From assembly GCF_004010195.1 (NCBI RefSeq), contig NC_057719.1, forward strand, positions 56,622,606-56,686,605: DNA of 64,000 bases, read 5' to 3'. The notes beneath the pieces are model-generated. The model made no database searches, had not been told where the DNA came from, and saw only the letters and a program-made list of their open reading frames with translations. The translations under genes and the position numbers were made by a program. This DNA comes from Chiloscyllium plagiosum (lineage: Eukaryota). The stretch's first letter is position 1. Each line of letters begins with the position of its first letter. Of this stretch, positions 1 to 11,358 are shown in pieces.

Positions 1-352
1 CTGGCTAGGTCGTTGTTTATTGCCTTTCCCCAATAGCTTTTGAGATTTTGGGGTGAGCTCCCTGGTGAACCACTTCAGTCTTTGAGGTATACCCACAATA
101 CTACAAGGGAGGCGTCCTACGATTTTGACCCAGCAACACTGAAACAACAGGGATATAGTTCCAAGCTAGGGTGGTGTGTGACTTGGAGGGGAACTCACAA
201 GTAGTGGTGTTCCCATGCAACTACTATCCTTGTCCTTCTAGTTGTTAGAGAGTGTGGATTTGGAAAGTGCTGGTGAATAAGTCTTGGTGAGTTACTATGA
301 TGCATCTTGTAGATGGCATACTGCTCTTGCGATGCTTCAGTGGTGGAAGGAA
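1..352 (-). mobile_element. Old CR1/L2-group LINE, 3' part (continues at 2676-3870)
   Basis: Minus strand reads RT C-terminal remnant (..RTRIVVAWEHHYL) and a 3' tail (GGCAATAAA..) shared with copies at ~26160-26300 and ~56150-56490. Interrupted by the younger CR1. Confidence 0.6.
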
Positions 353-419
353 AGGCACACCTGGAAAATGGGAAGCCTTCAGAAACGAGATAACGAGAGT
401 CCAGACACAGTATATTCCT

Positions 420-643
420 AGGTAAAAACAATGACTGCAGATGCTGTAAACCAGATTCTGGATCAGTGGTGCTGGAAGAGCACAGCAGTTCAGGCAGCAT
501 CCGAGGAGCAGTAAAATCGACATTTCGGGCAAAAGCCCTTCATCAGGAATACAGGCAGAGAGCCTGAAGGGTGGAGAGATAAGTGAGAGGAGGGTGGGGG
601 TGGGGAGAAAGTAGCATAGAGTGCTCTTCCAGCACCACTAATC
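420..643. mobile_element. PLE 3'-end fold-back insertion inside CR1
   Basis: 14-bp TSD CACAGTATATTCCT at 406-419 and 644-657; long minus arm 420-620 plus short inverted arm 621-643. Confidence 0.85.
516..550 (-). ncRNA. Minimal hammerhead ribozyme motif (family A, decayed)
   Basis: ATTC-CTGATGA-A-GGGC-TTTT-GCCC-GAAA-TGTC-GATT on minus strand; stem III C>T is consistent with CpG decay. Confidence 0.6.
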
Positions 644-1049
644 CACAGTATATTCCTGTTAGGGTGAAAGGAAATGTTGGTAGGTATAGGGAATGCTGGA
701 TGAGTAAAGGAATTGGAGGTTTGGTTAACAATAAGAAGGAAGCATATGTCAGGTATAGACAGGATAGATCGAGTGAATCCTTAGAAGAGTATAAAGGCAG
801 TAGGAGTATACTTAAGAGGGAAATCAGGAGGGCAAAAAGGGGACATAAGATAGCTCTGGCAAATTGAGTTAAGGAGAATCCAAAGGGTTTTTACAAATAC
901 ATTAAGGACAAAAGAGCAACTAGGAAGAGAATAGGGCCCTCAAAGGTCAGCAAGAGATGGGGGATATACTAAATGAGAATTTTGCATCACTATTTACTCT
1001 GGAAAAGGATATGGAAGATATAGAATGAAGTGAATTATATGGTGACAGC

Positions 1050-2587
1050 TTGAAAAATGTCCATATTACAGAAGATATGGTGCTGGATGTCTTGAAATGC
1101 ATAAAAGTGGATAAATCCCCAGGACGTGATCGGGTATACCCTAAAACTCTGTGGGAAGCTAGGGAAGGGATTGCTGGGCCTCTTGCTCAGATATTTGTAT
1201 CAACGACAGTCACAGGTGAGGTGCTGGAAGACTGGAGGTTGGATAACGTGGTGCCATTATTTAAGAACAGTAGTAAGGACAAGACACATGGAACTTGTGG
1301 GGGCAAGTTGTTGGAGGGAATCCTCAAGGACAGGATGTATATGTATATGTATTTGGAAAGGCAAGGACCGATTAGAGATAGCCAACATGGCTTAGTGCGT
1401 GGGAAATCATGTCTCACAAACTTGATTGAGTTTTTTGAAGAAGTAACAAAGAGGATTGATGAGGTTAGAATGGTAGATGTGATCTATATGGACTTCAGTA
1501 AGGCACTCAACAAGGTTTTCATGGGAGACCAGTTAGCAAGGTTCGATCTCGTGGAATACAGGGAGAAATAGCCATTTGGATACAGAACTGGCTCAAAGGT
1601 AGAAGACAGAGGGTGGTGGAGGGTTGTTTTTCAGACTGGAGGCCTGTGACCAGTGGAGTGCCACAAGGATTGGTGCTGGGTCCATTAATTTTCTTCATTT
1701 ATATAAATGATTTGGATGTGAGCATAAGAGGTATAATTAGTAAGTTTGCAGATGACACCAAAATCGGAGGTGTAGTGGACAGTGAAGAAGGTTACCTCAG
1801 ATTACAATGGGATCTTGATCAGATGGGCCAATGGGCTGAGAAGTGGCAGATGAAGTTTAACTTAGAGAAATGCGAGGTGCTGCATTTTGGGAAAGCAAAT
1901 CTTAGCAGGACTTATACACTTAATGGTAAGGTCATAAGAGCTGCTGCTCAACAAAGAGACCTTGGAGTGCAGGTTCATAGTTCCTTGAAAGTAGAGTCTC
2001 GGGTCAATAGGATAGTGAAGGTGGCGTTTGGTTTGCTTTCCTTTATTGGTCAGAGTATTGAGTACAGGAGTTGGGAGGTCATGTTGCGGCTGTACAGGAC
2101 ATTGGTTAGGCCACTGTTGGAATATTGCGTGCAATTCTGGTCTCCTTCCTATCAGAAAGATGTTGTGAAACTTGAAAGGGCTCACAAAAGATTTACAAAG
2201 ATGTTGCCAGGATTGGAGGATTTCAGGTATCGGGAGAAGTTGAATAAGCTAGGGCTGTTTTCTCTGGCGCATTGGAGGCTGAGGGGTGACCTTATAGAGG
2301 TTTATAAAATCATGAGGGGCATGGATAGGATAAATAGGCAAAGTCTTTTCCCTGGGGTGGGGAAGTCCATAACTAGAGGGCAAAGGTTTATGGTGAGAGG
2401 GGAAAGATATAAAAGAGACCTGAGGGGCAGCTTTTTCACACAGAAGGTGGTACGTGTATGGAGTGAGCTGCCAGAGGAAGTGGTGGTGGAGGCTAGTACA
2501 ATTGCAACATTTAAAAGGCATCTGGTTGGGTTTATGAATAGGAAGGGTTTGGAGAGATATGGGCTGGGTGCTGGTAGGTGGGACTAG
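1050..2587 (+). pseudogene. Frameshifted CR1 ORF2 reverse transcriptase
   Basis: ORFs 1050-1571 and 1613-2587 are consecutive pieces of one RT; upstream piece 583-867 is broken by stops. Confidence 0.88.
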
Positions 2588-2675
2588 ATTGGGTTGGGAT
2601 ATCTGGTCGGCATGGACGGGTTGGACCGAAGGGTCTGTTTCCATGCTTTACATCTCTATGACTCTGTGACTCTAT

Positions 2676-3870
2676 AAGTGAATGTTGAAAGTGGTGGATG
2701 AGGTACTAATTAAGTTGTCTGCCTTGTTCTGGATGATGTCAAGCTCCTTGAGCATTTCTGGAGCTGCATGCATCCAGAGAAGTGGAGCACATTCCATCAC
2801 ACTTCAGATTTTTAGCGTCTAGAAAGACATTGAGTTACTTGCCATAGAATTCCTAGTCTCTGATCTGCTCGTGTAGCCGGTATTAGTGAGTCCAGTTCAG
2901 TTTCAGGTCAATGGTTATCTCCAGATTTTGGTAATGGAGTTTCAGTGATAGCAATGCCATGGAACATCAAGGGGAGATAGTTAGATTCGCTCTTATTTTA
3001 GATGGTCATTGCCTGACATTTGTGTGACATGACTGTTACTGCCACTTATTAGCTCGAGCCTGGATATTTTCCAGGTTTTGCTGGATGTGGCTATTTCAGT
3101 ATCTGAAGAGTCGTGAATGGTGAGTCAGATTGTGCAATCATCATTGGATGTCCCCACCTTAGACCTTATAATGGAAGCAAACTAAAAATGACTGGGCTTA
3201 TGACACTATCCTGAGGAATTCCTACAGAGATTTCCTGGAGCTAAAAGTATTAGCTTCCAAAAATCACAATTGTCTTCCTTTGTGCTGGATATGTCAACAA
3301 TGAGCGGTGTTTTCCCTGAGCACATTAACCTCAGTTTTGCTGGGGTTCCTTCATGCCATTACTTGGTCAAATTCTGCCTTGATGTTAAGATCCATCACCC
3401 TCACCTCACTGGAGTTTAACTCTTTTGCCAATATTTGGATCAAGGCTGTAATGAGTCCAGGAGCTGAGTGGTACTAGCAGAATTCAAAATGAGCATTCGT
3501 AAGAAGGTTATTGCTGAGAAAGTACCACTCAGTAGGTCTGTTGACGAAGTCATCCATCTTAAGTAACAGATAATTGAGTGTGGACTGATGTTGCAGTGAT
3601 TGACTGGGTTGGATTTGTCCTGCTTTTCAGCACAAGAATACTGAGGCAGTTTTCCATATTCTCGGGTAAATGCCAGTGTTGTAAAATCACGAGAACAATG
3701 GCTGTGGTCATAGCTAGTTCTGGAGCACAATCCTTGACTACTATTGCCAAAATGTTGTCAGATTCCATAGTCTTTGCAGTACCCAAAGTCATCTACCATT
3801 TCTTGGTATCATGTAGTGAATCACATTTGCTGAAGGCTGGCATCTGTGATGCATGGGTCATCTGCAAGAG
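2676..3870 (-). mobile_element. Old CR1/L2-group LINE, RT region
   Basis: Degenerate RT peptides on minus strand (DNILAIVVKDCAPELA, KQDKSNPVNHCNIS); similar to copies at ~18710-19640 and ~57440-58240. Confidence 0.65.
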
Positions 3871-4776
3871 GTCATTGACACACTCCCTTATTTCTCAAGG
3901 CGTGTATCAAGCCTAACACTAACAGGCATTTGTTTAGGCTAATCTTGGCCCTTTGACTGAAGTTGAGAGGAAAATTGCTTGAAAATGAGCAATGAGGAAT
4001 GAGCAAGAAAATGTAGTTATTAGATTTCAGCTCACAAACCTAATCTCAGCTTTCAAATAACAGTTACCACTGTTCTTATGTTTTATAATGTTACTTGGGT
4101 CCCTTCATTAGATTACAGCCTTGTAACTCTCCCAAGGTATCCTTTATACACCATGGGAACCACAGAATGATTCTGTGAACCCTTATAAAAGACATCATTA
4201 CATACTGTGTGAATCAGAAAATGCTCTAATTCAGTTTTATGGATGTCATCATTCACTATTATACTCTGTTTGAAATGTCACTGTGGCTTTGCTTCCAGCT
4301 GCTAGCAGAGATCACTTTATATTATTTTATTTCAGCCACAGCACCATGGAAAGATTACTTGTCATCTTGTTTTCTTAATAAGAAGCCAGAGCTTTTTCTC
4401 TGGATTTTCTTTCTGCTCTTAGCTGTCCACTTTAAATGAACTGAATGGCCTATAATGTAGGGATTCTATGATTCTAAAGCATACTTCGTCTATTTCCCAG
4501 GCCAATACACTGATTACCCTGCAGCTAACTTGAACTCATTTTTTTCTTCACTTCTCTTTGGTATCTGTCCTGATTTCTTCATCTCTGCTTATAGTTACAG
4601 GTTTCCAAAATGACTTTCTAATTCCTTATTGTGCTTGCGTGTGTTATTCTTTCTCTGTCCACCTTCCTTACTTTGGTCTTTCTAGTTTTATGTGAATTTT
4701 TAAGCATAATTTATATTTTATACATGTGTGATTGTTCTATTAATATACATACATGATACTAACTCACAGTGTCAAG

Positions 4777-4865
4777 GAAGGCTACAGGTTCTATCCTTGG
4801 TCTGTATTGAGTTAACAGATCTAAATTTGGGCAGCAAAGAGAAATTATAATTGGCCTCAGTGTCA
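4777..4865 (+). mobile_element. Ancient tRNA-derived SINE relic (AmnSINE2-like)
   Basis: GGTTCTATCCTTGGTCTGTATTGAGTTAACAGATCT...ATAATTGGCCTCAGTGTC resembles the AmnSINE2 core as I recall it; needs a Dfam check. Confidence 0.45.
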
Positions 4866-6084
4866 GTGGAAACTTAGGTGGATATGAAAGGGCAGTGAAA
4901 CTGATTAGCAATATGTGGGATTAAGGAGTTGATGAAATCAATTAACAAGTGACTATCTGTTAAGGCTTTGTTCATGTAAAAGATCACCAATGATATGGGG
5001 GATGGACTTTCAATCTGAAGTTGGGTGTCTGACATTGGGCTAATTCCTGGGTCACAACCTTGCTGCACACAACGTCAGTGCAGTGAGGCTATTTTCAAAT
5101 ATAATTGATCCGACTAAGTTTGACGCCCAATTAGCAGTGCTGGGAACGTGCTGGGATGAAAGTGTCACATAATAACTAAGGACCCTTTGAAGAGTCAAGT
5201 ACGGATCATCTTTCCCATTCCCATTAGTATATGAAAATCCAGATCATGTTCTCAACTGTCTTAGTCGAAAACTTGATTAACAGGAGTCGTTCTGTGATAT
5301 TCTGCTACGGATATTAATTTTAATGTTTATTAAATAAGTAGACTTACATTATACTGTAAGGTCAGTCTTTGAAGGTCACTATCAGGACCCTCCTCAGATG
5401 GTAAATCAGTCATGGTAACTACATATCATGGTTCCTCACCCACTAGTATAAAAGCACCTGAGTTGCTGTGAATGGCTCTGTGATTTCTACATCAACATCA
5501 GCCTGCTGTAATTTGACACTTCTTGAAATAAAAGGGATATTTTTCTCACCATCTCCCAAGGCAGCAGAATCACTACAATAATGCATGTAACTTTAAACCA
5601 TTAAACATCATTTTGAACTCAGTGACTTAACTCTAAACAGTAAAAATTATAACAGGTGGTAAGAAAATGTAATCGCAGCTGAGGGACTAATATTTTCTGT
5701 TAGGTTTCAAAGGCATCCAGAAGGTATCCTTGTTCCCTTTGTGTAATTCCTGTGCGTTCTGTCCTATATAAGAATTCTAATTGCTCTCTTTCAGAAAGAA
5801 ATCTGCTACTAACTTAACTGGACTGACTTTCCAAGAGATTTTATTTTTAACATTAATCTCTGCTCAGTCAGGATAACAGAAAATCCATTATTTTACTGAC
5901 TTTTCAAGGCAACGACTAGTGAAGTCTGACTGTTGGGGATGGTTTGAGCAAAAGATTATATCCTGACCGCTAACATTTGAAAAAGAGCTGTTGAATAGAG
6001 CAAAGACATTTTGAGATCAGAGGGTAGAAACTGGCAAATAGAACAAGAGGCTGGAGGTGAGTGATGCATCAGATCCATTCAATA

Positions 6085-6620
6085 AAGACAAGAACTAGTT
6101 TATATAGAGCCTTCAACAGAGCAAAACATGTCATGGCACTTTACAGGAGAACTAGCAAACCAAATTAAACACTGGATCACCAAAGGAAACAACCAAAAAT
6201 ATAGTCAAAGAGATACGTTTAAGAAATGTCATGATGGAGGAACAAGAGGATGATAGGACAGAATTTTAGGAGGAATTTATAGACCACAGGGCCTAGGTTG
6301 CTGTAGGTGTAACCATCAATAGTGGATAAATTGAAGTTAGGGTTGAGCTAGAGATCATAATTGGAGAAGGATAGGGCAAAGACACAGGAGTGAATTTGAA
6401 ATTAAATCAAAATATTAATCTTGAATCACGTAAATAGGTGACTGGAATTTGGAGCAAAAGAGGGATTGGTTATGGACTGGGCAAGATGGGATGCTGAATG
6501 GGTAGACATTGGATTTGTCAATTCTAGAGATAACAAGGGTTAGGATGAAGGCTTCAACAAATGAGCTGAGGTAACGACAAATTTGAGTGACATTAGGAAA
6601 GTGAAAATGTCTAAGTAACA
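6085..6620 (-). mobile_element. L2 LINE 3' remnant
   Basis: L2-like reversed 3' end (TTTATATAGAGCCTTCAAC..GGCACTTTACAGG) followed by purine-rich decayed body. Confidence 0.45.
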
Positions 6621-6634
6621 GCCTGGACAACCAC

Positions 6635-6965
6635 AAAGGCTAACCTCCCATCTATAGAATCTATCTGTCAAGGAAAGACTGCCAGCATTCTCAAAGATCC
6701 ATCCCACCATGGTAATGTTTCTCTACAACCTCTACCAGAAGCCTGAACACACACACCAGCCGGTTTCCTAACACTTTCTACCCTACTGTTGTTAGAATAC
6801 TGAATGGACTCACAAACTCATAACATTCGCCTGCACCTGTGTTTTTGTTTTTAACCGCTGTTTACCTATTACTTAATTATCTTTGCTACTTAACTCTTGT
6901 GATCTGCCTGTATTGCTCACAAGGCAAAGCTTTTCACTGTACCTCGGTACATGTGACAATAAATC
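6635..6965 (+). mobile_element. Rex1/Babar LINE 3' end
   Basis: LPSIESI..ASILKDPSH..FYPTVVRILN remnant followed by 3' UTR ending GTGACAATAAATC. Confidence 0.7.
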
Positions 6966-8193
6966 AATTATATGCAATCACATTTTACTTAATTAAAAAT
7001 ATCTACATGAAGCAATGTTTGACCAGTTACTAAATGTGATGAAGCAACTTATCACATTTAGTAACTTGCACTTACTGTGTAGGCACTATGATGCTTAAAA
7101 AATGACCATCACCTTCCATATGCTGTGACCTGATCTAAATACTTTTTCTGAAGATGCTCACTCCAAATATAATCACAAATTAAAATCTCAAATTTCTGAA
7201 TAGGATTTTTGAAATGCTAACTACATTTTAAAAATATGACTTACAAAATGTCAGATTTCATAAACAGATGAATACAAGTTGCCTCCCAATGTTCCAAACA
7301 AATAATTATTAAATGAAACTGCCCAATGGTACTTTTCAGTGTGAACTTTTCATCAAATGAAGGAACCTTGCATAAAATTTAATTATCCCTTTTTTTCCCT
7401 CTAGGTATTGACAGACCCATTAAGCATTTCCAAAACATTAAAGATTTGAGTTCAGATATGGCAAACTGTATTCAGGTAAGAACATCCCTTCTTATCCCAA
7501 ATACTTTAAAAATAATTTACTCACAAAGGTTTATAAAGTCTGCCTTCTGAAATGTCAGATGATTTCTCAATAGGAAAGGCGCAATTTACCAATCTCCAGC
7601 TCTTACGTAATTCACAGAATAATTCCAGAATGTCACCACCTTATCAAATTTATGCTATACCATCTGAGCACGACAAATGAAAACGTTGCCATGTGGGACA
7701 CTACAAATGCAAAACTGCAACATTACCCAGTGGTGTTGCAACAGCAACTGGGGTTAAGTCACTCTGGTTATAAAATTCATAACTAGTTATAAACTCTTCC
7801 CGATTGAAGAAGTGCACTCTTTTTTTTGGACAGTGCTTCATCTATGCAATTAATGCAAACTTTTTTTTGGAGTATTATGCAATAGAATTACAAGTTCAAA
7901 ATAAAAATTATATGCGCCAATCCTTTTATATTTGTTTTTTGTTCTCCTGTACAAACTGGTTACAGAGAATATTCTGTATGGTGACTGGCCAGGCATAAAT
8001 TAAGTTTTCACTCAACCAAATAACAATGTCTTTGTTGATTGCAGTATTTTAAAGATATTTCATAATTCTTCACAATTTTTAGCTATTTGTATTACAGCCC
8101 AAGATATTTGCAGTATTGTAAGTTAGGAATTCCTGTGGATTATTAGTTATAATCACAAGCTCAAAATATACAACTAATTTTAAGTCCATAATC

Positions 8194-8199
8194 TTTATT
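8194..8199 (-). terminator. Polyadenylation signal AATAAA of the NFKBIA-like gene
   Basis: TTTATT on plus strand ~440 nt after the stop codon, preceded by a UGUA-rich tract. Confidence 0.6.
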
Positions 8200-8635
8200 T
8201 GACAAAAAATAAATATTTGAGGCATGTACAAACATCGTCTTGTTTAAGGATAGAAAAATCTGTACAATAATTACACTATTTTACATATTTACAAATTTTT
8301 ACAAAATACAAATATGCACAATATCTCAGTGTTGAAAATTTTACAGTTTTTTTCAACCAGTTACAATAATTGAAAACAGTGCATACAAGCAATCATTTAC
8401 ACCATAGTATATAATTTACATCTAAGACTTGTAGCACTGCATTCTCTGCATCTGAAAGGCTTATTTACATTACACATTTAGAACATCAGACATCAGCACC
8501 CAACTGTGACTTAGAAATCTTAGTGTACGTCACTGAAGTTTTTCATTAAACCAAATTATTGGGTAACCACACTAATATGCATCTCCAGTTCTTTTCAGAT
8601 GATTTGAAATCCAGCAATGCACAAAAAAAGCAACT

Positions 8636-8689
8636 TCAACATCTGAGTCGGAGTCCTCCAATTGCACAGTCATCATAAGAGAAAGATAC
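8636..8689 (-). CDS. NFKBIA: NFKBIA-like exon 6 (coding part)
   Basis: TTTCCCCAG|VSFSYDDCAIGGLRLRC-TGA, homologous to the IkB-alpha C-terminus (YDDCVFGGQRL). Confidence 0.88.
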   Translation of the reverse strand, partial: VSFSYDDCAIGGLRLRC

Positions 8690-11117
8690 CTGGGGAAACA
8701 GTGAATTACACATTAGTAACAATATCAGTGATGAACATCTTTAAACTGATACCTCTGATTATAGAAACAATTTAGCTGGGTTATAGTTTTATTCTACATG
8801 ACATGTTTATATAGAGGTCAACAATTACAGTAAATGCACATCTTTAAGCATTTCAGTGGGTAATACAGCTTACTTTTAGCACACTCACCTCATGGTCAGG
8901 TGTTTCAGATTCCCATAGCTTTTCTTCATCCCACATCATGCATAAAGATGGATCTGTCACACGAATAAGTTCTGTCTGTATTTTGCAGTTGTCTCTTCCC
9001 AAGGTCAGGTGATATGGTGTACAGCCATTGTAGGTGAGCACATTGGGGTCTGCTCCACACTGCAGCAACAGAGACACCATTTCAGCATCCTGCTCCTCCA
9101 CTGCAAGATGGAGGGCTGTCCGACCACTTGATGGCTCCTGTGCCAAAAACACACCTTAGAGTTAGTACTCGCCATGAAAGTGAGCTACAGAAAGTCTTTG
9201 TTTAATTTGCCATCAATTGAGAGATTGCTCTCATTTAGAAAGTTAAAATATTAATATACCTGAGCATTAATATCAGCTCCAATCTGAATTAGATAGACTA
9301 CCATCTTGTGAAGTCTGTTTTTGACAGCCAGCTGCAAACATGTAAGACCTGAAATGGGAAAATGAAAGTCTTAAATATGTGCAACTAACAAATATTCATT
9401 GTCCAATATATTAAACCCCAAAACGTTACATTCTTTACATTGCAGCATTAATTTGCATGTTTATTGTCTAAAAGAGTAGCTAGTCACAACAGTGCAGCCA
9501 CAGCAATTAATTTTAAAGAAACCCGACGTTACATTTTATACTAATTTAACATTTTGAAAACGCATGATTTATTCTAAAGAATAGAATTCGAATTTGAATT
9601 GCACATATAAAAGGCAACTGTACCATTGTAATTCTTGCTGTCCAAAAGTTCTCTGGTATGGTGCCTCGTGAGGAAATCGCTGATGGTCTTCACGCACACG
9701 AACAAGTTCATCTCACAAGCGATGTGTAAAGCTGAATTCCCATTGATGTCCCTCAGTCCCAGATCTCCTCCAACCCACAACAAAGCACGCAGCACATCAG
9801 GCTGCTGTGTGATCACTGCCAGATGCAAGGGAGTCTGAACAAAACAGAACAAAAGAATTCCAGTGAGAATACTACACGGTAAACCACGGAAACGCACAGT
9901 ACAAAGGAAATTTGTCACGTTATTTATGCACCGCGCCAGTACCCACAGCATTTATTAATATGGTGGGGACTTTCCAATGCAAACTGCAATCACCCCATTT
10001 AGCTGCCTCTGGCAGAACAATATATTCTCAAAAGAATTAAATCTAGAACAGTCCCCAATATATTAAATATAAAATGACTGTTTCAGTGTTGTGCATAAAA
10101 CTCCCATTAATATTAAGGCAGCTTACTCAAATATTTGTATTAATTAATTGCAAATATTTACCTGTTTCAGGTTATTCTGACGGTGAAGGTACTGATCTCC
10201 AAACTCGGTATTGGCGAGGATTTGGGATACGATTTCACTGGCTGCATGGATGATCGCCAAATGCAGAAATCTAAAAAGGAAAATGTCATGTTAAAACTTG
10301 CTGCATCGGGGAAACTCTGCACAACAGCTCAGCACTGAAGATTGGAAGTCTCCAGGATTGCGCAAGCTCGGGTTTTTTGGGTACTTTCCACGGTTAAATA
10401 TTTATCAGATAACCACGAGCTGGCCGCCTGCCAGGGACTTTCCAGCATCAAACAGGAACTGTACCGCCCAGCGGGCAGCCATTGCCAGAACATCATGTTC
10501 TCAAAAAGCCTTTCAACGGATCCCAGCCCCTCAATAACAATTAGTTTATTCAATACTCTTCAGTTTTTATGAATTTTTTAAACACATTTTCATTTGAAAA
10601 AATGAATTGCAATAAAACACCACTATTTTATTGCATTGTATTTGCAAACCGGACGTTCACTTGAGTTGACATTTTTACTGGTAGGGTTCTGGAAACCTTT
10701 AGCGGTTGGTAAATTGCTATTTCAGAGACATTTGTTAGTTTCTGCAGCTTTACTTTCTCCAATCTGGACAGCATGCACTTGTTTAATTTCTGTACATTCC
10801 CCCTCCCTGTAGCTTATTGCACGTTAAAAAAAAAGACTCCAAGTCACTTACGTATCTCCATCCTCCGAGATGAATTCTTTCCAACACTGGGCTGGCTCTG
10901 GTTTGTCGTCCAGGCTCAGTTCTTGGATCTCCCGCAGAACCTCCACGTCCTTCTCATTCATTGAGCCGATGCCGCTGTCACACCGCTCCTCCCAAAGGGG
11001 AGCCTGTTTGCCCACTCCAGGCTGCATCGAGCCGCCCTGATAATCTAGTTTCCCACTACCTTTACTGCGATTATCCAAACTGTCAGCGTGATTATGAAAT
11101 AAGGTAGGATCGGCCAT
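8636..11117 (-). CDS. NFKBIA: NF-kappa-B inhibitor alpha (IkB-alpha)-like, 6 exons, 325 aa: complement(join(8636..8689,8889..9137,9260..9348,9624..9834,10162..10270,10852..11117))
   Basis: DSGIGS degron, NES-like LREIQELSL, ankyrin repeats (DGDTFLHLAIIH, QTPLHLAVIT, GNSALHIAC, GLTCLQLAV, GRTALHLAV, GCTPYHLT), C-terminal YDDCAIGGLRL. All introns GT-AG and phase-compatible; CDS 978 nt. Internal exons of 109/211/89 nt match human NFKBIA as I recall it. Confidence 0.93.
8889..9137 (-). CDS. NFKBIA: NFKBIA-like exon 5
   Basis: GCACAG|EPSSGRTALHLAV...WESETPDHE|GTGAGT; 249 nt. Confidence 0.92.
9260..9348 (-). CDS. NFKBIA: NFKBIA-like exon 4 (absent from ORF track)
   Basis: TTTCAG|(G)LTCLQLAVKNRLHKMVVYLIQIGADINAQ|GTATAT; 89 nt. 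Confidence 0.92.
9624..9834 (-). CDS. NFKBIA: NFKBIA-like exon 3
   Basis: TTCAG|TPLHLAVITQQP...LLDSKNYN(G)|GTACAG; 211 nt. Confidence 0.93.
9965..9975 (+). promoter_or_regulatory. NF-kB site in intron 2
   Basis: GGGGACTTTCC, the canonical Ig-kappa-type site. Confidence 0.65.
10162..10270 (-). CDS. NFKBIA: NFKBIA-like exon 2 (absent from ORF track)
   Basis: TTTTTAG|A TTT CTG CAT..: (T)FLHLAIIHAASEIVSQILANTEFGDQYLHRQNNLKQ|GTAAAT; 109 nt. Confidence 0.92.
10344..10443. promoter_or_regulatory. Intron 1 NF-kB + C/EBP cluster
   Basis: GGGACTTTCC 10434-10443, GGGTACTTTCC 10379-10389, C/EBP palindrome TTGCGCAA 10358-10365, GGAAGTCTCC 10344-10353. Confidence 0.65.
10852..11117 (-). CDS. NFKBIA: NFKBIA-like coding exon 1 (signal-response domain)
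   Basis: ATG at 11117 in good Kozak context (GTCATGG); MADPTL...EERCDSGIGS...SEDGD; donor AC|GTAAGT, phase 2. Confidence 0.9.
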
Positions 11118-11279
11118 GACTTCTGTACAGTAAGAAGTTTCCCAGTGAAGTAGACAAGCAAAAAAAATATATAGCACAGCCCAAACAAGCAACGGTTGAC
11201 AGACACTACCAAATCCTCCACCTACAGCAAAATCCTCTGCCACGTCTCAGTACTGTAGACGTGACACTGCACTGCAAGA

Positions 11280-11285
11280 TTTATA
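11280..11285 (-). promoter_or_regulatory. TATA box of the NFKBIA-like gene
   Basis: TATAAA on minus strand ~165 nt upstream of the ATG; GC box CCCCGCCTCC at 11326-11335. Confidence 0.7.
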
Positions 11286-11358
11286 AACTCCAGGTCGGGT
11301 TTTTTTTCTGGGTGGAGTTTCATATCCCCGCCTCCAAACTTCAGTTGCCTTTTTGGCT

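Larger units (their letters stand above)
353..2675 (+). mobile_element. CR1 (HER1-type) LINE, 5'-truncated
   Basis: ORF2 motifs SQHGLVRGKSCLTNL, DVIYMDFSKA, GVPQGLVLGP, KFADDTK, LEYCVQFWSP; CR1 3' UTR and (CTCTATGA)n tail at ~2654-2675. Confidence 0.93.

Noticed and set aside
1613..2587. 324-aa ORF as a host gene
   Set aside because: It is the C-terminal part of a frameshifted CR1 ORF2.
11118..11243. 42-aa N-terminal extension of the exon 1 ORF in the track
   Set aside because: It starts at GTG just downstream of the predicted TSS and has no IkB similarity; ATG 11117 has good Kozak context.
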